Assembly: GCA_021735245.1 (NCBI GenBank)
Contig: JAIPHJ010000008.1
Span: forward strand, 10 to 64,009
DNA: 64,000 nt
Source: Candidatus Bipolaricaulota bacterium
GTDB lineage: Bacteria; Bipolaricaulota; Bipolaricaulia; M55B111
Direction: 5' to 3'
Position numbers and translations under genes: made by a program. This document shows, piece by piece, positions 58,701 to 64,000 of this stretch. How positions within the stretch are numbered: the stretch's first letter is position 1; each line of letters begins with the position of its first letter. The notes beneath the pieces are model-generated. The model saw only the letters and a list, made by a program, of their open reading frames with translations. It made no database searches and was not told where the DNA came from.

Positions 58701-60073
58701 TTTACAGCATTCGCTGGAAGTTGCTTGTGGGGTTCATCCTTATCGTGGCGGTTGCAATAGGTACGGTAGCTTTTGTTGCTAACCGGACCGCCACCCGGGA
58801 GTTCGACCGGTACATAACCCAGGACCAGGCGTTAAAATACCAGCGGCTCTCGCTAATGTTGTCCAGTTATTACGAACAGACCGGAAGCTGGGAAGGTGTA
58901 CAGAAACTAATTGACAGAATAAGTAAGACTTATCAGAATCGAATCGTTCTCACAGGTGTCGAGGGAAGCGTGGTTGCTGATACCGCCGGTTTAACAGGTA
59001 GTTCCTCTCAGGATGCATTGAACCTGAAGATAGCGACCCTGGGAGAAGCGAATAACCCAAGCGGGTTCCTTTATCTCAAGGATAGAAAACGATCGGAACT
59101 GGAAAAGATCTTTCTTTCTTCGGTCAACGAGTCTATTACCTTTGCGGCAATTATCTCCGTTCTGGCGGCAGTATTTCTTACTCTAATATATTCAAGAAGG
59201 ACGTTAAAGCCGATTAATGATATTACCTCGGCCGCCGAGAGGATAGAACGCGGTAATCTGGACCAGGAAGTAAAGGTAAAGTCACGGGACGAAGTGGGAA
59301 AGCTTGCCTCCGCCTTCAATTCCATGGCGGAGGAGTTGAAGAAACAGGAAAGGTTGAGGAAAGATATGGTCAGCGACGTAGCCCACGAGTTGAGAAGCCC
59401 TCTAACCAAGATTCACGGTTACCTGAAAGCGATAAAGGAGGGAACGATGGAAGCCAATGAAAAAGCAATCGATTCGCTTTACAGGAATTCCAAGTTGTTA
59501 AAGAGACTGGTTGATGATCTCCAAGACCTGGCGATGGCGGAGGCTGGCAAGCTAAACCTCGAGAAGCAACCTATCCTTTTAAGCGATATAATCTCTAAAG
59601 CCAAAGAATCAATTCACCTCAGGCTGGAAGAAGGAAACCTTGAGTTAAATGTGGGCTCTAACGGCAAGGTACTTTTAAACGTGGATCCCGACAGGATACA
59701 CCAGGTACTGCAAAATCTCCTTGAAAACGCAATTATCCATAGCCCCGAGGGAGGAACGATACAATTAGGTACCGAACTCACCGACGATCAAGTTGAGATC
59801 AGTATTTCCGATGAAGGTGAAGGAATTCCGAAAGAGGATCTACCGCACGTATTTGATAGATTTTACCGGGTGGATCGGTCTCGCTCGCGGACTACCGGAG
59901 GAACGGGATTAGGACTAACTATCTCGAAAGAATTGGTCGAGGCTCACGGTGGAAAAATTGATGTCAGAAGCGAAGAAGGCGAAGGTTCTACCTTCACTGT
60001 AACCCTGCCTTACAAAGAAAAGGGGAGGGTTGCCGATAATCTGCCGCGAAACTGGGATAACCCTAACCAGTAG
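58697..60073 (+). CDS. HAMP sensor histidine kinase (BaeS-like)
   Basis: Two TMs, HAMP, AHELRSP, NAI, DEGEGI, GTGLGL. Confidence 0.95.
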   Translation: MIYSIRWKLLVGFILIVAVAIGTVAFVANRTATREFDRYITQDQALKYQRLSLMLSSYYEQTGSWEGVQKLIDRISKTYQNRIVLTGVEGSVVADTAGLTGSSSQDALNLKIATLGEANNPSGFLYLKDRKRSELEKIFLSSVNESITFAAIISVLAAVFLTLIYSRRTLKPINDITSAAERIERGNLDQEVKVKSRDEVGKLASAFNSMAEELKKQERLRKDMVSDVAHELRSPLTKIHGYLKAIKEGTMEANEKAIDSLYRNSKLLKRLVDDLQDLAMAEAGKLNLEKQPILLSDIISKAKESIHLRLEEGNLELNVGSNGKVLLNVDPDRIHQVLQNLLENAIIHSPEGGTIQLGTELTDDQVEISISDEGEGIPKEDLPHVFDRFYRVDRSRSRTTGGTGLGLTISKELVEAHGGKIDVRSEEGEGSTFTVTLPYKEKGRVADNLPRNWDNPNQ

Positions 60074-60160
60074 ATTTTGAACCCGATGAAAAGGCTCTTC
60101 TCAGAATCCTTTTATCCTCTTGTTTCTATTAAATATAACCCTATTCTTATTTTTTAGGGG

Positions 60161-60904
60161 GTGATTTTGGTGAAATATACCCGTAAAGGAAATGATTTAG
60201 TCAGCTATATGACAGCTAGCCTTCTGTTTCTACTGCTTTTCGCCACCCTCGCTATTCCAGTCCACGCTGATCAAGAAGAGAAGCAAAGTTCCACTGTAGC
60301 TATAGTAAACGGGGAAGAGATTACTAAAAGAAGCCTGGCGAGAAGGGCAGTGATCCAGCGGATACTTTTGGCTTTAAAAGGAGTACCGGAGTTCGCGAAA
60401 TTTTTAATGAAGACCAAAGAAGGCCAAAGGGCCCTGGATGCTTACAGAAGCCACGTGATAGAAAAGTTGATCGAAGAAGAACTCATCCTCCAGAAAGCAG
60501 AATCCCGGGGGATCGAGGTAAAGGACCGAGAAATTGAAAACAGGTTGACAACCATAATTAACAGAACGAAGGAAGTTAAAAATAAAGAGGAACTAATAGA
60601 GAAATTAAAGAAAGACCAGAGAACGCTCGAGGACCTCAAGGAAGAAATCCGTCGGAAAATTGTTAGGGAAAAACTCAGACGGGAAGTCGTTGGAAAGGTA
60701 AATGTAAGTGAATCGGAAATCCGTAATCATTACGAAAAAAACAAGGATTCTTTCCGGGGCAAAGACGGTGAAGTAAAACCCCTTGCAGAAGAAAAAGACC
60801 ATATCCGAGAAAAGTTAAGGGAAGATAAGAAAGAAGCTCGTTGGAAAGAATGGCTGACAAAAGTTAAAAAGGAGGCGAAAATAGTCAGGGATCTAAGAGA
60901 TTGA
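60161..60904 (+). CDS. SurA/PrsA N-terminal-domain chaperone lacking a parvulin domain
   Basis: VAIVNGEEIT, LIEEELILQKA..GIEV, VSESEI..YE.NK..F, PL.E.K..I, W...KKEAKI. Confidence 0.8.
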   Translation: MILVKYTRKGNDLVSYMTASLLFLLLFATLAIPVHADQEEKQSSTVAIVNGEEITKRSLARRAVIQRILLALKGVPEFAKFLMKTKEGQRALDAYRSHVIEKLIEEELILQKAESRGIEVKDREIENRLTTIINRTKEVKNKEELIEKLKKDQRTLEDLKEEIRRKIVREKLRREVVGKVNVSESEIRNHYEKNKDSFRGKDGEVKPLAEEKDHIREKLREDKKEARWKEWLTKVKKEAKIVRDLRD

Positions 60905-61132
60905 CTGTTAAGGACCTGAAATCCAGCACACCCTTCAATGGAGCCTCCTTTCTAGGGCTTTCTTTATTAACTTTTTTCTCTTCCAAAAACAATTATCTAC
61001 CCAAATCCTTCCAGACCTCTATTTTGTTAATAAGATTTTAAAATTGACTTTCTAAATTATAAGCGATCAGAGTTCGGGGAAGTGAAGTCCAACGATCAAT
61101 TTACCCTATAACTTTAACAGGGAGGTAAAAAG

Positions 61133-61474
61133 ATGGAAGTCGAATTCAGAGTCAACTCGGACCATTTAGGTTGGGACGACCCCGCAATAGAGCCGGCGAT
61201 ACAGGAATACACCAGCCCTCTCTGGCCCTTTGGCAGGAGGGAAAAGGCTCAGGCAGTACTTGAGGAAAAACAGAAGGAGTTGCTGGAAAAGCACGGGATA
61301 GAGGAGGACTCGTCGCTCGGTGTAACCGTTCTTAAAGTCGATGGAGTGGAAACAGAAGAAGAGGCTTGGGAAGTAATTAAATCCTTCCAGGAAGATATCG
61401 ACAAATTGTACCGGGAAGAGTTCGGACTGGATGAACCTCTCGAAGTTGCAATTAGAGAAAGAGCGAGGGCTTAG
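61133..61474 (+). CDS. Acidic hypothetical protein
   Basis: GGAGGT RBS; 113 aa. Confidence 0.7.
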   Translation: MEVEFRVNSDHLGWDDPAIEPAIQEYTSPLWPFGRREKAQAVLEEKQKELLEKHGIEEDSSLGVTVLKVDGVETEEEAWEVIKSFQEDIDKLYREEFGLDEPLEVAIRERARA

Positions 61475-61513
61475 GGTTACCTCCACAGAACATTCCTAAA
61501 TAATAAACGCCTT

Positions 61514-61984
61514 ATGAGGTGGCTCGTGAAGCTTAAGGAAAGGATTCCATTCCCTGGAGGAGATGGTGTCGGAACTGAGGAGCAACAAGGTAGAGTTCGT
61601 CTCCTGGGTAAGTTAGAGGACCTTGAATCTTTTGAAGTTTCCGACTTCAATAAACTGTTCAAGGCCGCCGCAATCAAACTAGAGAACCGAGTGGATAATG
61701 GATCCGTCTTTCTAGGAGATGAGATCGCTCGTAATGTAAACAAGGAAGACCTTCTGGAACAACACCTTTCTTATCGGGTGGAGGTGTCTGAAGAAGAAAG
61801 TAGTCTTCTAAAAGAGACAACTACGGTTAAAATCATCCATGTCATCCTTAGAGCTCAGCCCAACGATGCCATTGAGATAAACGGTCCCCATGATATCTCC
61901 TCCCGCTACAAAGAAGCTCTTAAGGACGCATTCAACGAAATCACTGGTGAGAACATAACCTTCCAGGATATAGTAAAGGACTGA
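61514..61984 (+). CDS. Hypothetical protein
   Basis: Co-oriented ORF filling the operon gap; start uncertain. Confidence 0.6.
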   Translation: MRWLVKLKERIPFPGGDGVGTEEQQGRVRLLGKLEDLESFEVSDFNKLFKAAAIKLENRVDNGSVFLGDEIARNVNKEDLLEQHLSYRVEVSEEESSLLKETTTVKIIHVILRAQPNDAIEINGPHDISSRYKEALKDAFNEITGENITFQDIVKD

Positions 61985-61994
61985 GACATCCTTC

Positions 61995-62600
61995 ATGTCA
62001 AAGAGTTGTGTAATAGAAAGTGAACAACTTTGTTTTAAGCCGCTGGAGCGGAGGTACCTCGACCGCTACATAAGCTGGCTAAACGATCCCAGGTTAAATC
62101 GCCACCTGGGTCCTATTACTGGTTCTCTATTTACCAAAGAGAAGGGCGAAGAGTGGTACAACCGGATGAAGGAACAAAATGACAAGCGTATTTTCTCATT
62201 CCACCCCAAGGAAGGAGAAGTCGAGCCAATAGGTTACTGCGGTCTCTACCAAATAGATCACAGACACGAGAGGGCGACGATCCAGGTAATTATTGGAGAA
62301 GAAGAGTATAGAGGACGAGGTTTCGGAACGGAGATAACGAGACTTCTGCTTGACTATGGCTTTTCTCTGCTTAGCCTCGACTCAGTCAGTTTGTCCTTCA
62401 TGGAGACCAACAGTAAGGCCCGGCGGGTTCCCAAGAAACTCGGGTTCCGAGAGGCGGGTAGGTTGAGAAACTACTGGAATGTCGACGGAAAGTACTATGA
62501 CAGGATATTGATGGATATCACTAGAGAAGAGTTCTACGAAGAGAACGAGGCACAAATTGCCGATAACTACCTTCAAATCGAGACCAAAATTAAGGGGTGA
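61995..62600 (+). CDS. RimJ/RimL-type GNAT acetyltransferase
   Basis: IGYCGL..ID, IG..EYRGRGFG, LGFREAGRLR. Confidence 0.88.
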   Translation: MSKSCVIESEQLCFKPLERRYLDRYISWLNDPRLNRHLGPITGSLFTKEKGEEWYNRMKEQNDKRIFSFHPKEGEVEPIGYCGLYQIDHRHERATIQVIIGEEEYRGRGFGTEITRLLLDYGFSLLSLDSVSLSFMETNSKARRVPKKLGFREAGRLRNYWNVDGKYYDRILMDITREEFYEENEAQIADNYLQIETKIKG

Positions 62601-63154
62601 TTGATTTGGCAAAAGCGGACGAATCGGACAAAAATTTGTGGCTACAGAGAGGAAAACTCTCCCTGTACGCAATAGTTGCTGCGGGGATAGGGTTCCTTGT
62701 TGGTCTGTATATTGTCGCTCCCATGATGCCAAAAACGGCGGCTTACGTGCCCGATGCGGTAAAGAAAATGGAAACGGATGTGGTCGGTTTTACCAATCCC
62801 GGAAACGGAGAGTTATTACTTCCGGTAAAATTAACCGAGGAAGAAGACGCAGTGGATAAGGGGTTGAACAGTATCGGATCAGAAGCGTGGGGGAATACTT
62901 ATCTACTTTTCGACGAGGGAGACGTGACTTCATGGGGGGGAGATTTCGACGTAAGTAAGATAAAGGCTTCCCTCTCTTTTGCAGGAATGAACGGTGAAGG
63001 TGAAGTAGTAGAAGTTAAAGAAGCTGAGGTAGGTGACGAAGAAGTTGAAATAGAGAGCGACCACCGGTGGGTGCTAATCATGAAAACAGAGGTTATGAAT
63101 GAGTACGGTATAAAAGCTGGCTCGAAACTCATGACGAATACTCTGCCTGATTAG
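62597..63154 (+). CDS. Membrane-anchored DUF192-like protein
   Basis: One TM; KGL..LLF..SL.F..G.VV..WVL...GIK.G..L pattern. Confidence 0.6.
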   Translation: MIDLAKADESDKNLWLQRGKLSLYAIVAAGIGFLVGLYIVAPMMPKTAAYVPDAVKKMETDVVGFTNPGNGELLLPVKLTEEEDAVDKGLNSIGSEAWGNTYLLFDEGDVTSWGGDFDVSKIKASLSFAGMNGEGEVVEVKEAEVGDEEVEIESDHRWVLIMKTEVMNEYGIKAGSKLMTNTLPD

Positions 63155-63203
63155 TAGTAAAAAATCTTTAAACTAACCCGTGGGTTAGATCCCACAATCC
63201 CTG

Positions 63204-63239
63204 AGCAGGCTGCCTCGGATCGTTTCGGGGCAGTCTGCT
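63204..63239. terminator. Stem-loop between convergent genes
   Basis: AGCAGGCTGCCTCGGA / TTCGGGGCAGTCTGCT. Confidence 0.7.
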
Positions 63240-63251
63240 ATCTCTTTATAT

Positions 63252-63464
63252 TTATTCAGCAAAACTTCCGGTCTTCACAAATACCGCGTGGCAATCTCCC
63301 TGCTCGGCCAGGTCTTGGCAGTCTTCGCAAACCTCTTCAGGTTCGCCGTAGGACTTGTCGATTCGTTTTTCTGAATTTTCTAAAGCATCGCCCTCGCCCA
63401 TTTCTTCTAAATGTTCCCGACAGAAGTGGTAACGATCTTTTTCTTCTTCCAATTTTACATACAT
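63252..63464 (-). CDS. Small putative zinc-binding protein
   Basis: HFCREH and CEDC motifs; GGAGGT RBS. Confidence 0.65.
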   Translation of the reverse strand: MYVKLEEEKDRYHFCREHLEEMGEGDALENSEKRIDKSYGEPEEVCEDCQDLAEQGDCHAVFVKTGSFAE

Positions 63465-64000
63465 TTGGCTTTACCTCCTACCTGATCAATTTTTGTTTAT
63501 GTGCTCTCGCAAGAAAAATAAGAAGTGATTGTTAAAGTCTTATTAACGATTATCTTCTCACGGAGATGGGGATAACCTCGTTTAAAGGCATCTGCTCGAG
63601 ATTAATATTAAGATTTTATCAATCTCACAACCTTCTATTTGAGGTGACCTGAATCCCATAGAATTTAAATAATTCCCCACTCTAACTACCCGTAGAACCA
63701 GTAAGTAAAAAGAAAGAAAGGGGTGAAACCAACGGGTTGGGTTAAGATTGCAGCCCGGCGCTCGGAGGACTTTGCTGAAAATTATAAGGCAGTAGCAAAT
63801 CCTCAAAAGATCAGTTCAGGATAGAATATGGTTTGTAAAAATAATATCTCTACCAGAAAGAATAAGCCGGAGAAGAGGTATGGAAGAATTGTAAAACCGT
63901 TGATACTGTAGTTTTTAGGTTGACAGTCGAAAAAGTTTGTCGAGAAAGACGCTATCGATAATAAAAGGATCAGTTTTTTGTCAAAAAGGTAGGAATTGAT

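Noticed and set aside
1-64000. CRISPR array, tRNA or rRNA genes
   Set aside because: No regularly spaced repeat-spacer array and no cloverleaf or rRNA-like sequence were recognised; the recurring hairpins are dispersed, not arrayed

Overview
Gene-dense bacterial chromosomal window of about 48-50% GC by eye. Many proteins are acidic, suggesting a halotolerant anaerobe; the gene style resembles Bipolaricaulota/KB1, but that is inference only. No rRNA, tRNA or CRISPR array was recognised. Content from left to right: (1) a sugar/phosphodiester salvage locus with a PfkB kinase, CUT1 ABC transporter, NAGPA-type phosphodiester glycosidase, GlmU-NTase/phosphohexomutase fusion and HAD phosphatase; (2) phnDCEE-type and alpha-glucoside ABC transporters; (3) a 7-gene Mrp/Mbh-type antiporter module whose DUF4040 subunit is fused to a family-3 solute-binding domain; (4) PAS-GGDEF-EAL, two MscS and CorA; (5) a tandem/nested c-di-GMP-I riboswitch leader before a small secreted pilin-like protein, next to a decayed paralog and a 1066-aa cadherin/PKD surface protein; (6) an arsenic-resistance cluster with two ArsR operators; (7) a Pat acetyltransferase; (8) two OmpR/BaeS-type two-component systems separated by an AT-rich relic island (serine-recombinase tail, att-like direct repeats, orphan AbrB antitoxin with a dead toxin). 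A family of non-autonomous IS200/IS605-type hairpin elements resembling IscB omegaRNA ends recurs in at least seven intergenic sites. The best novelty candidates are the SBP-fused Mrp subunit, the nested c-di-GMP riboswitch locus, the hairpin element family and the att-flanked cassette. All calls come from motif recognition by eye; no searches were run.
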